Of a stretch of DNA of 64,000 nt, positions 14,058 to 25,621 are shown one piece after another (within the stretch, counting starts at the first letter, position 1; each line of letters starts with the position of its first letter). This stretch comes from Mytilus californianus. Lineage: Eukaryota. The stretch spans positions 125,364,001 to 125,428,000 of the forward strand of contig NW_026262679.1 of the NCBI RefSeq assembly GCF_021869535.1, given 5' to 3'. The notes beneath the pieces are model-generated. The model did no database searches and was not told the DNA's origin. It saw nothing but the letters and a program-made list of their open reading frames with translations. Position numbers and translations under genes: made by a program.

Positions 14058-15521
14058 AATAATATTATTATTGTTTGACGTAAATTTTACATTGAGGTTC
14101 TGAAAAAAGAAATCACCAATTCACCAACATTCCAACTGACTCCATTTTCAGAAAACGACATCTGTAACAAACATAAACTTTTAGCTACCGCTTTACAAGC
14201 AGAACCAAATACAATGAAAGTCCCAACTATGTATTGGCTTCCGAAGCTACACAAAATACCTTACAAATATAGATTCATTTCGTCTTCAAGCCATTGTTCC
14301 ACTACTAAATTGTCTATTCTTCTTACCAGTACACTTGGTACAATCAAAAACCTGATAATAAATTGTTCAAATAAGGCCTTCGAAAATAGCGGAATTAATT
14401 ACTTTTGGAGTGTCAAGAACTCGTTGGAAGTACTTGATATATTGCATGCATATATTGGTGATTTTGAATCTGTTCAAAGTTTTGATTTTTCTACCCTATA
14501 TACCACATTGCCTCACATTCTCATTAAGAAAAAATTCACACACCTAATTAAATGGGCATTTAAAAAGTCAGAATGTGAATATATATGTTCAAACTCTTTT
14601 AGGTCATTTTTTAGTAGCAATAAACAAAAAAACTATGTCAATTGGACATGCTTTGATACTATATATGCCCTTGAATTTTTACTAGATAACATTTTTGTTC
14701 GCTTTGGAGATTCCGTATATCGTCAGGTTATCGGAATTCCAATGGGGACTAACTGTGCACCACTTATTGCGGACCTTTTTTTGTATTGCTATGAGTTACA
14801 ATTTATGACAAAAATCAGTAAAGACCCATCGAAACAACATCTGATACACAAATTTAATAATACTTTTAGATATTTGGATGATATTTTGGCTCTCAATAAT
14901 GACGACTTCAGTATGTATACTAAAGAAATTTATCCTGTTGAACTTACTTTAAATAAAGCTAATACTAAAAATGACCACTGCCCTTTCCTCGATCTTGATA
15001 TCTATATCATTAACGGAAAGCTTAATACTAAAATATATGATAAAAGAGATGATTTTTCATTTCCTATCGTTAATTATCCATTTTTAGATGGTGACGTTCC
15101 CTTGTCACCATCTTACGGTGTTTATATATCTCAACTTGTACGATTCGCTCGTGTATGTAACAATGTTTTAGATTTTAACGAGAGAAATTTATGTATTACT
15201 GAAAAATTATTACACCAGGGTTTTCGATATCACAAACTAGTCAAAACATTTACTAAATTTTATCATCGGTATAAGGACATCATTCGTAAATATAGCTCAA
15301 CATGCAGACTTCTTATACGTTCAGGTATTTCACATCCAATTTTTTATGGAAATATTCTTTATAAAGCACAAAAATGTCAGTATTCACCTCTGAAACTAAC
15401 AAAACCTTTAAATAGACTTATCAAGAAGGGATATAGTTACGATACTGTTGTCAGGTCATTAAAGATTGCATATTTTGGCGTTAATATTGATTCACTTATA
15501 GGGTCTTTGCATCGGCACTAA
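14058..15521 (+). CDS. Naiad-type reverse transcriptase, N-terminally truncated; frame extends upstream of the ATG at 14214 through one in-frame TGA (14076-14078, candidate Sec)
   Basis: Hand translation: NNIIIV*RKFYIEVLKKEITNSPTFQLTPFSENDICNKHKLLATALQAEPNT-MKVPTMYWLPK..., with no other stop until TAA at 15519-15521. Confidence 0.8.
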
Positions 15522-15560
15522 ACACATTTATTTAAAAACCAGTTGTTGGCATGACACGGG

Positions 15561-15649
15561 TTATGTTCTTCTCATATATGTTATGATGGTATGATACTAA
15601 ACCCCTAACGGGAAGGATTGTGCCTGATATTCATATGATGAAGACATAA
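15561..15649 (+). promoter_or_regulatory. Eukaryotic type II SECIS element
   Basis: Helix I TTATGTTCTTCTCATAT/ATATGATGAAGACATAA; core ATGAT(15583-15587)/TGAT(15625-15628); 11-bp helix II GGTATGATACT/AGGATTGTGCC with 10 of 11 positions paired; unpaired AAA 15599-15601; apical mini-helix CCC-TAAC-GGG. Confidence 0.85.
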
Positions 15650-17102
15650 TCTTTCAATCAGTTTAATTGAAGTCTGGAGCTGGCATGTCAGTTAACTGCT
15701 AGTAGTCTGTTGTTATTTATGTATTATTGTCATTTTGTTTATTTTCTTTGGTTACATCTTCTGACATCAGACTCGGACTTCTCTTGAACTGAATTTTAAT
15801 GTGCGTATTGTTATGCGTTTACTTTTCTACATTGGCTAGAGGTATAGGGGGAGGGTTGAGATCTCATAAACATGTTTAACCCCGCCGCATTTTTGCGCCT
15901 GTCCCAAGTCAGGAGCCTCTAGCCTTTGTTAGTCTTGTATTATTTTTAATTTTAGTTTCTTGTGTACAATTTGGAGTTTAGTATGGCGTTCATTATCACT
16001 GAACTAGTATATATATTTGTTTAGGGGCCAGCTGAAGGACGCCTCCGGGTGCGGGAATTTCTCGCTGCATTGAAGACCTGTTGGTGACCTTCTGCTGTTG
16101 TCTGTTCTATGGTCGGGTTGTTGTCTCTTTGACACATTCCCCATTTCCATTCTCAATTTTACCATATGACGGGGCAAAGTATTCTCCCGCTGAAAGACTG
16201 CCAAATTTGTTCAACTATTATATCGTTGTTAATCATCTTTATTATTACTTCGATTTTCTCATGTAGTGAACTTTCCAGTTGTATATGTAGCAAAATTCCA
16301 CCAGCACTTGTATATTTTTTTTTTCTAAACTACTTTTCCATATATAACCTCTGTTTCCTATCAGGATTTTCTTGATAGATGTTGCTTACAATATTTTAAC
16401 AAACTACTGAACCAAGTAGTCTTCAAAGAAAGATAAAAATATCACTTCAAGAGTTTTACGCCATTCAGTTTAACTTTGTCGCCTAGTACCGTGATAGAGA
16501 CGTCTGTTTGTTTTAGTACATTTTTCTCACACAATAACGCCATGAACACTGCAGGAAGACGATTATTTGCAAAGGAAAAGTTTCAATTATATATAATCAA
16601 ATAAAAAATCGAACAAACGTAAAATAAAAAAGCAGGCGCAATGTAACAAAACAATAGAATTATTATCTTTATGGGGGGGGGGGGTCGGGAAAACCCCCCA
16701 CTTGAAAATCTTAAAATAATTTGTATATTAATCATTTCTTGTTTTAATGTTATCTTTGCTATAAATTGAATATACAGTGAGCACTACATAGGGTGACACG
16801 TTGTCGCTACACTCCCGACCGTTACATGTACACATGTCATAATTACATTGGCCTTGGGGGAAATAATAAGAGGATCAGAGGATTTAATTAAGACAATCCA
16901 AGGCTGCTATCCCTATTTATTATTACTTTGTTGTTTTTGTAAATAGAATGACGTTTTCTGTTAGCTTGATTTGAAGATAAAATAATTTCTCACCCTATCA
17001 TATCCATAAGATTTTTTTTTAGAAAATTTAGCAACTGGTGGGACAACTGCTGAATCTAAGGGTATTGCAAACTTTATTTCCACATCTGTACCTAGTGATC
17101 AA

Positions 17103-17345
17103 ATGTATAGCATACTAAATGAATACTGGAACCCACCAAGATCTTTTCCTTTTCCGAAACGAGAAATGTACGGGTTTAAAAGATGTTTCAAATATGCGTG
17201 GCTGCACTATTTCCCATGGATTGTCTATTCAAATTCACAGGACGGAATTTACTGCAAATTTGGCGTTTTGTTCGCTACTGACCACAACCTCGGACAGTTT
17301 GTTAAGAAATCAGTTCAGAATTGGGTTAAAGCAAATGACGAATGA
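17103..17345 (+). pseudogene. Fragment of hAT-type transposase N-terminus (TTF-type zinc finger, ZMYM1/THAP12-like)
   Basis: FPFPKREMYGFKRCFKYAWLHYFPWIVYSNSQDGIYCKFGVLF fits the F..W...FPWL.YS...DG.FC..C.LF pattern. The second Cys is lost and the frame stops at 17345. Confidence 0.6.
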
Positions 17346-17902
17346 AAATCTCACGAAAAAATTAATATACCACGAAACAGCCTTATTAAGAGCACAAGAC
17401 TTTACTCACGCACATGATAAGCCGGCTAGTGGAATAGTACAAGGGCTGATACAGCAATTACAAAACGGGTGGATAAGATCTGTAATTAAATCATTTAACT
17501 AATCTAAAAAGTTTATTTTAGTAACAATATGCCGGAACAACAAAGCGTGTGCCAATTATTGAAAAACATAAGGTTTGGTATAACAAGAAAACTTCTATAA
17601 TGTTCAAAAACGATTCTCAAAAAAAAACCCGCTTTAAACTCTGGATCCGCGCCTGATAAGTCTAAAACAGAAAGATTTGAACTTATTGAAATAACAACAA
17701 AAAAGCTGAGTGCGACATCCCACGTTTAATCTTATCTCAAATACAGACAATTAAATCATATTTATAACCTCTTCATGGTTTAAGTGGACAGTTTCCATTC
17801 CCTGTCCATTTATCAAATCTTATTAAAGTGAACATTTTTTCTGGTGATATTCTATTTAACTGTGTTAAACCACATTAACTCATAAACAAAAAAGTATTTT
17901 AA

Positions 17903-18585
17903 AGGGGTATTAACTACGAGACATAAAAAAAAATAAAATATGTTATTTTTTTGTTCAATCATTAATGAAAGTGAAAAAGTGTAATAATAATTCACTTTAG
18001 CAGTCAGTTTGGTTCAATTTTGTTAAAATAAGCTAAGAAACATCGCTGATGAGTTATTCACTTGCAAGTGAATAATTCGACCTCATTGAATCCGTATTCA
18101 TGTGGCATTCAATAATTTAACCATTTAGCTGGAGACAGTTTACGCATGTATTCAGCTATATAAAAGGAAAAGAATGTCAACATCGAAAGTGAAACAAGGA
18201 TGAACCATTTGGTTGACTGATTCGATTCACAAAAAAAAAATCATTCTTATACAGGTAAAGACGATGATAAACATACTTTTTAACCTACAGTATGAAATAA
18301 AACAGACATATAAAAATGCAATTGCACGTAACCGCTATCGATTTATATTCATATTTATGTTTATATCGGGTTATATGACCGTCGGCAGTCTTTGGAGGTC
18401 ATCACGGTGGTTAATTAGATGACGTCTAGACAAAAATTCACACAAAATGCTGATACATATTATCGAGTCCATGCAATTTTAATTGTTTATTTTAGACTAT
18501 TTGTAATTTGGATATAGTATGTTATAAATCAAATATAAATATTTGAGTCAAATTGGTGAACATGAATTTGACAGCTAGTGCCCCT
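17903..18585. mobile_element. Non-autonomous TIR element with TTAA TSD (Kolobok-like MITE)
   Basis: TTAA|AGGGGTATTAACT ... AGCTAGTGCCCCT|TTAA; imperfect 13-bp TIR starting with RR. Confidence 0.65.
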
Positions 18586-18727
18586 TTAAATTGAAAATAA
18601 TAATACCAACATAAATGCACAGATCATGTAATTTGCTGTAAAACAAAGGGGATGAATTTTAAAAAAACATGGAATTCAAACTATGCAAAAAAATGCAACA
18701 ACACGTCCAGAAACACAAACAGAACAC

Positions 18728-18856
18728 ATGCTTGACATATTGAACATAATTTTGGAGGAGGCTGTAATACCGATTCCGCATGTTGATCTTGGAAAGGGAG
18801 ACCGCAAAAATATAATGGCCATCGTTCATAAAAGGGCTGAAAATGATAATGACTGA
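18728..18856 (+). pseudogene. Possible fragment of KRBA2/SCAND3-like (Ginger-type) integrase C-terminus
   Basis: Hand translation EEAVIPIPHVDLGKGDRKNIMAIV resembles the recalled V.IP.VDRG.GD.RNIL.VV motif. Short and unverified. Confidence 0.35.
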
Positions 18857-21800
18857 CTACGAAACATGAAATTATGCTCAGATAATACACAAGGAATCAG
18901 TTTGAGGTATCTGATTGACCTTTTTAGTACCTTCAGATGTTTCTAATGAACACTTTATTTCTCTTCAAAGTGCAGTAAAATCAGATTCAATATGTGAAGG
19001 CTAAGGACATTTTTTAAAGTTTTTTTTGTTGTTCCATAAACAACGAGTTCAACAGTAGAGGGTCTGGGTGGAATTTACAGAATAGAGAATAATCGCTCGG
19101 ACAACCAGTGCAAAATAAAGGGCTAAATTAATAATGGATAAAAAAAAACACAAAAAGAGAGAGTAAAAGGGTGCTAAAATATCAGAATAGAGAATAATGG
19201 GCAAAATAAACAAAGAAAACTTAAAGAGAAAAATGATCTAATAAAATAAAGAATAAAGAAATGAGGGACCCCCATCCTGACACTCTTAGTATCATCGAAA
19301 TTTACAATGTAGTTTAAAAAAATAAATGATTTGTATAAGAATATTGTGCTTAAGATTTTACTATTTATGTTTCTTAATGTTAAAATATGATTTTATAGAA
19401 TAAATTATTTTTACTTTTCTATGGATTCATAGTCTCTTCATTCCAGTTATCATGTATAATCCCTGACATTTTTTCTAGTGATTATGCATAATTCCTGAAA
19501 ATTTTAGTAATTATATATAATAACTAAAGTTACCATTGATTATACATAATCCCTAATTCTACAAATTCACTGTAACATGTATATATGTATACAGTATATT
19601 TGTTCCGCCTAATAGAACTTGGTTCCCCTGGAAACTTTGTTATAAACATTGCCATAATATCTGTTCATGTTGGATAATTGAAAATTCTAAATATTTAAAA
19701 AGATGGGGATTCTCCCGACACGTCAAATGATCGGACTTACAAAACGTACGGAATTATCGGCCAGCATTGTTTTTAAAATCTAGGTGTGGTGGTACTTAGC
19801 TTTATCAGGTAGAGTTACCTCCCATTCAGCGCGTAAAAATGTCAACTTAATCTGAGGTAAACCCTGGGTAAACATAATGAATTTGTGTATCATCTACAGA
19901 TTATTATGTTGTATTGTTATTAACTTGTCTTTTAAAATTGTATGAATTAATACACATTTGGGTCTCCCAGTCGAATGTAGGACTGAAAGTCGCAGACAGA
20001 AAGTCACGGACAAAAAGTCTCAAGACAAACAGTTTTTTTAATTTTTTTTTTACATAAGTCATAAGAATACACTTATTTTTAAAAACATTTTTGTATTTTT
20101 ATTGCAAATGTATATACGTTAAAGCAACTTTGTTAACAAAATTGATTCAAGTTGTCAAAAAATATCATACGGACCTAAGAGCTATGGTTCCGCAGCTAAA
20201 TAGCATGGTACTTAAATGGCTTCATGGTGTCTAAGAAATATATCCTTTCAAGCCTTACATGATTAAAATTTATTTATACAGGGCTCACACTACCATTCGA
20301 CTGGGGCGACAAAGTCGCTTTCCCAGCCGTCACTTCGCTTTGCCCGACCATCAAAAGCGAAATCTAGTCGCCCTGTTGTTTACGATACTCGCTTTCAGTC
20401 GCTTTTGTCATCGGCAATATTCCTTTTTACCAAGTCGATGAACAGCAATTTTTCATTTAAAAGTAAAGAAATTCAAGGACATAAACGATTTATTTTCTTC
20501 AGAAAATGATTAAAGCATTGATTTTAAAGTTGGTTGTTATTTCATAAAAACAATTTTTTATCACTTCCGGTACTTGCTCTCAAGGCGTACATCAAATCAT
20601 TCTAACTTTCGGCAAAATAAGCTTGTTACTTCATTAGAACGTGATGAAATTTGCCTGAAGTAAATTTGTTATCCATGTACATGTATTTAAACTAAAGGAA
20701 TAATAATTGAGCATAATGTTGACACACTATTAAATGATTATCAGACAATTTTAAATAAAAGCATCATTGAAAATTGTCAAAAGAAACCAGAGCAACACAT
20801 TTTTTTTCCTCTGCCCCCAAAAAAAAAAAAAAAAAAAAAAAAAAGGGATTGACCCACAGCGTAAAAACAGACCCGGCAGGGTTAGGGGAAACCAACAATC
20901 ATTTTTGCATGGCCTACTATGGAATAGATGATCTTATATAATAATTATTATCTAATCCAGTACAACATTATTATAATATTTTGAAGAAAAACACAAATTT
21001 TTTTACATTTTTCAAATCAATTTTTTATCATCATTTGGCGATGTGGGGTATATATTTCGATCTACTATTTAAGCGAGACTTCAATCTACTAATAAAAATT
21101 AAAAAAATTTTAATCTTTACCTGGCTGTGCCGACAGTGACATTTTTTTTAAGTTTATTCATATGTTCAGAAATATTTACTTACCTCTTTTTTTTTTTATT
21201 CAAAACATTGATAGGAACGGACATAAAGAAAAAGGCATAATGGACCGAAACTACCTATGCCAAAGTGGTCTATATGGCCGAACGGGTTTTATGGCCTAAA
21301 TGTCTCAATAGCCATTTACCAAGGTAAAATGAATATATATAATATAAAGAAATTATTTCAAGAACTTTCTCTTTTATATTCATACAATTATAAATAAATT
21401 TTTGTGACTTTTGGTCCTATCATAATTGTGACTTTCTGTCCGCTTACCTCCCAGTCAACTCTATAGAACTGAAAGTTAAGAATGGTTCTGTTTTTTGTTG
21501 CTTGTTTGGGCATAAAATTATCCCACATGCACTTGTTTGATTCAATGGTAAAGACCTGTGGAAAGAAAGAACAAGTGGCCTTTACCATCACATGGAACAA
21601 GTGCCTGTGACTATTCAGGTTTCTTTTTTGCCCTGGTTCCTGTTTGCCATCAGTAGCTTTGCCTTGTCAGATTTAATGATAAACAACATTTAAAGTTTTG
21701 TAGATGGATTATTATTTACACTTATTAAATGGTACAGACATTCATGTTCATATAAAGGGGATTTAAGTAACATGGTTGTGCCAATTACACAAATACTGCT

Positions 21801-21883
21801 CCAGCAGGGTACATGTGTAATGACAGGATTGTTTCCCTTGAGTAGTAGATACTTAGCCAGCTGTAAGCTGTTGAGCTAGGGAG

Positions 21884-21960
21884 GACTTGTTTAGCTCAGT
21901 CAGTTAAGAATAGAGTGCTGACTTGTAATTAGAGGTTTCTGGTTCGAGTCCTGGAGGAGA
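21884..21960 (+). pseudogene. tRNA-like sequence (Thr-TGT-like pseudogene or SINE head)
   Basis: A-box-like TAGCTCAGTCAGTTAAG, loop CTTGTAA (TGT at 21924-21926) on a CTGA/TTAG stem, B-box GGTTCGAGTCC 21941-21951. The acceptor stem pairs poorly. Confidence 0.45.
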
Positions 21961-22328
21961 CAATGTGATTTTCTGATAAGAATCATGCTCTCCTGTTAAG
22001 CAAAAAAAAAATATATGTCTGTTTAAGGTCATAAAAAAAAATAGGATAGGTAGGTTTTTTGCGACATGATTTTGAAATGTGCAGTCCGTTTTGCCCATGT
22101 CCAAGTTGTCCATGGGCCAAATTTTCCTTTATTTTTAATGATTGGATTAATATTTTCCTTGGTTATTGGTTGGGAAAAATGGCTGCAAAGTTTTTGTTTC
22201 ATCACACAAGTTGTAGTTTCCTTAAAACAGCTATCATATTCATGATTGCAAACATTGGGATGTATCAGGCAATTGATTTAATTTATTAGTATCTTTACAT
22301 GTAACTTTGCTCTGACACCAGTTCAGTT

Positions 22329-22900
22329 ATTATGCCCCCGCTATAGCGGAGGGAGCATTAAGTGTAACCCTTGTCCGTCCAGTCCGTCTGTACATCCCCA
22401 AAATTGGTTTCTGTTCTCTAACTTTAGTTTGCCTCAACAAAATGTTATAAAACTTATACACAGTGCTTATTACCATAAACCACAGATCAAGTTTGAAATT
22501 GGGTGGTGTGACTTTTACTGTTCATGAGTTATGCCCCTTTATAAACATTAAAATTGCTGTATTTTTCATTTCTGTTCTCTAACTTTAGTTTGCCTCAACA
22601 AAATGTTATAAAACTTATACACAATGCTTATTACCATAAACCACAGATCAAGTTTGAATTGGGTGGTGTGACTTTTACTGTTCATGAGTTATGCCCCTTT
22701 ATAAACATTAAAATTGCTGTATTTTTCGTTTCTGTTCTCTAACTTTAGTTTGCCTCAGCCAAATTTTATGAAACTTATACCCAATGCTTAAAATTACAAA
22801 ACGGTCTCAACTACATGAATCCTGAATCTGTATGTGGAAGTTGACTTGTGCATATTTACAAGTGGGGGCATCTGTGACACATTCTCCATTTAAGTTTTTC
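22329..22900. mobile_element. Helentron/HINE-like non-autonomous element
   Basis: Subterminal IR ATGCCCCC(22332)/GGGGGCAT(22864), 5' hairpin CCGC-TATA-GCGG, GTCC microsatellite, ~2.4 internal ~160-bp repeats. Confidence 0.65.
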
Positions 22901-23013
22901 ACTTTACGGCTTAGGGTCGACGCTCAAATTAGGGTCGATCTGGTAACTGTAAACAGACATATATATTTTTTTTGTCTTACATGAGTAAGAGTGACTTAGA
23001 TAAATAGGTAGAT

Positions 23014-25600
23014 AGGTACACAAGTCTTACAGTCACCTTCACTAATTTGATGACTGATACAACAAGTCTGTATCTCAACAAACAACCAGGTACACAAGTC
23101 TTACAGTCACCTTCACTAATTTGATGACTGATACAACATGCCTGTATCTCAACAAACAACCAGGTACACAAGTCTTACAGTCACCTTCACTAATTTGATG
23201 ACTGATACAACATGTCTGTATCTCAACAAACAACCAGGTACACAAGTCTTACAGTCACCTTCACTAATTTGATGACCGTTACAACATGTCTGTATCTCAA
23301 CAAACAACCAGGTACACAAGTCTTACAGTCACCTTCACTAATTTGATGACCGATACAACATGTCTGTATCTCAACAAACAACCAGGTACACAAGTCTTAC
23401 AGTCACCTTCACTAATTTGATGACCGATACAACATGTCTGTATCTCAACAAACAACCAGGTACACAAGTCTTACAGTCACCTTCACTAATTTGATGACCG
23501 ATACAACATGTCTGTATCTCAACAAACAACCAGGTACACAAGTCTTACAGTCACCTTCACTAATTTGATGACCGATACAACATGTCTGTATCTCAACAAA
23601 CAACCAGGTACACAAGTCTTACAGTCACCTTCACTAATTTGATGACCGATACAACATGTCTGTATCTCAACAAACAACCAGGTACACAAGTCTTACAGTC
23701 ACCTTCACTAATTTGATGACCGATACAACATGCCTGTATCTCAACAAACAACCAGGTTCACAAGTCTTACAGTCACCTTCACTAATTTGATGACCGATAC
23801 AACATGCCTGTATCTCAACAAACAACCAGGTACACAAGTCTTACAGTCACCTTCACTAATTTGATGACCGATACAACATGCCTGTATCTCAACAAACAAC
23901 CAGGTACACAAGTCTTACAGTCACCTTCACTAATTTGATGACCGATACAACATGCCTGTATCTCAACAAACAACCAGGTACACAAGTCTTACAGTCACCT
24001 TCACTAATTTGATGACCGATACAACATGCCTGTATCTCAACAAACAACCAGGTACACAAGTCTTACAGTCACCTTCACTAATTTGATGACCGATACAACA
24101 TGCCTGTATCTCAACAAACAACCAGGTACACAAGTCTTACAGTCACCTTCACTAATTTGATGACCGATACAACATGCCTGTATCTCAACAAACAACCAGG
24201 TACACAAGTCTTACAGTCACCTTCACTAATTTGATGACCGATACAACATGCCTGTATCTCAACAAACAACCAGGTACACAAGTCTTACAGTCACCTTCAC
24301 TAATTTGATGACCGATACAACATGCCTGTATCTCAACAAACAACCAGGTACACAAGTCTTACAGTCACCTTCACTAATTTGATGACCGATACAACATGCC
24401 TGAATCTCAACAAACAACCAGGTACACAAGTCTTACAGTCACCTTCACTAATTTGATGACCGATACAACATGTCTGTATCTCAACAAACAACCAGGTACA
24501 CAAGTCTTACAGTCACCTTCACTAATTTGATGACCGATACAACATGTCTGTATCTCAACAAACAACCAGGTACACAAGTCGTACAGTCACCTTCACTAAT
24601 TTGATGACCGATACAACATGCCTGTATCTCAACAAACAACCAGGTACACAAGTCGTACAGTCACCTTCACTAATTTGATGACCGATACAACATGCCTGTA
24701 TCTCAACAAACAACCAGGTACACAAGTCTTACAGTCACCTTCACTAATTTGATGTCCGATACAACATGCCTGTATCTCAACAAACAACCAGGTACACAAG
24801 TCTTACAGTCACCTTCACTAATTTGATGACCGATACAACATGCCTGTATCTCAACAAACAACCAGGTACACAAGTCTTACAGTCACCTTCACTAATTTGA
24901 TGACCGATACAACATGTCTGTATCTCAACAAACAACCAGGTACACAAGTCTTACAGTCACCTTCACTTATTTGATGACCGATACAACATGCCTGTATCTC
25001 AACAAACAACCAGGTACACAAGTCTTACAGTCACCTTCACTTATTTGATGACCGATACAACATGCCTGTATCTCAACAAACAACCAGTTACACAAGTCTT
25101 ACAGTCACCTTCACTTATTTGATGACCGATACAACATGCCTGTATCTCAACAAACAACCAGGTACACAAGTCTTACAGTCACCTTCACTAATTTGATGAC
25201 CGATACAACATGTCTGTATCTCAACAAACAACCAGGTACACAAGTCTTACAGTCACCTTCACTAATTTGATGACCGATACAACATGTCTGTATCTCAACA
25301 AACAACCAGGTACACAAGTCTTACAGTCACCTTCACTAATTTGATGACCGATACAACATGTCTGTATCTCAACAAACAACCAGGTACACAAGTCTTACAG
25401 TCACCTTCACTAATTTGATGACCGATACAACATGTCTGTATCTCAACAAACAACCAGGTACACAAGTCTTACAGTCACCTTCACTAATTTGATGACCGAT
25501 ACAACATGTCTGTATCTCAACAAACAACCAGGTACACAAGTCTTACAGTCACCTTCACTAATTTGATGACCGATACAACATGCCTGTATCTCAACAAACA
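23014..25600. repeat. Tandem array, 74-bp unit, ~35 copies
   Basis: Unit CAAACAACCAGGTACACAAGTCTTACAGTCACCTTCACTAATTTGATGACCGATACAACATGYCTGTATCTCAA; period checked at 23301/23375. Confidence 0.97.
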
Positions 25601-25621
25601 AGACACTTGTTTTGTAGTCTT

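Larger units (their letters stand above)
14056..16161 (+). mobile_element. 5'-truncated Penelope-like retroelement, Naiad-type (RT plus ~640-bp 3' region)
   Basis: RT motifs YWLPKLHK, SFDFSTLYTTLPH, GIPMGTNCAPLIADLFL, FRYLDD, PFLDLDI, YDKRDDF. No C-terminal GIY-YIG, consistent with the N-terminal-endonuclease Naiad clade. The 3' end is shared with 4210-4711 and 11487-11514. Confidence 0.9.

Noticed and set aside
4173-16266. Short ORFs containing MRMEMGNVSKRQQPD or MPHVEQDLLALPEH
   Set aside because: These are incidental frames in high-copy retroelement 3' tails.
21448-21555. Apparent 108-nt exon on the minus strand (TTCCACAG|...GAG|GTAAGC)
   Set aside because: No recognisable protein and no partner exons. 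The donor overlaps a dispersed AAAGTCAC-type repeat also seen inverted at ~19980-20020.
21884-21960. Functional tRNA-Thr gene
   Set aside because: The acceptor stem does not pair and the D-arm is irregular; kept only as a pseudogene or SINE head.
23014-25600. 74-bp array as a CRISPR array, or as another splice-donor array
   Set aside because: There are no unique spacers and no cas genes, and the context is eukaryotic. No flanking exon could be reconstructed on either strand.
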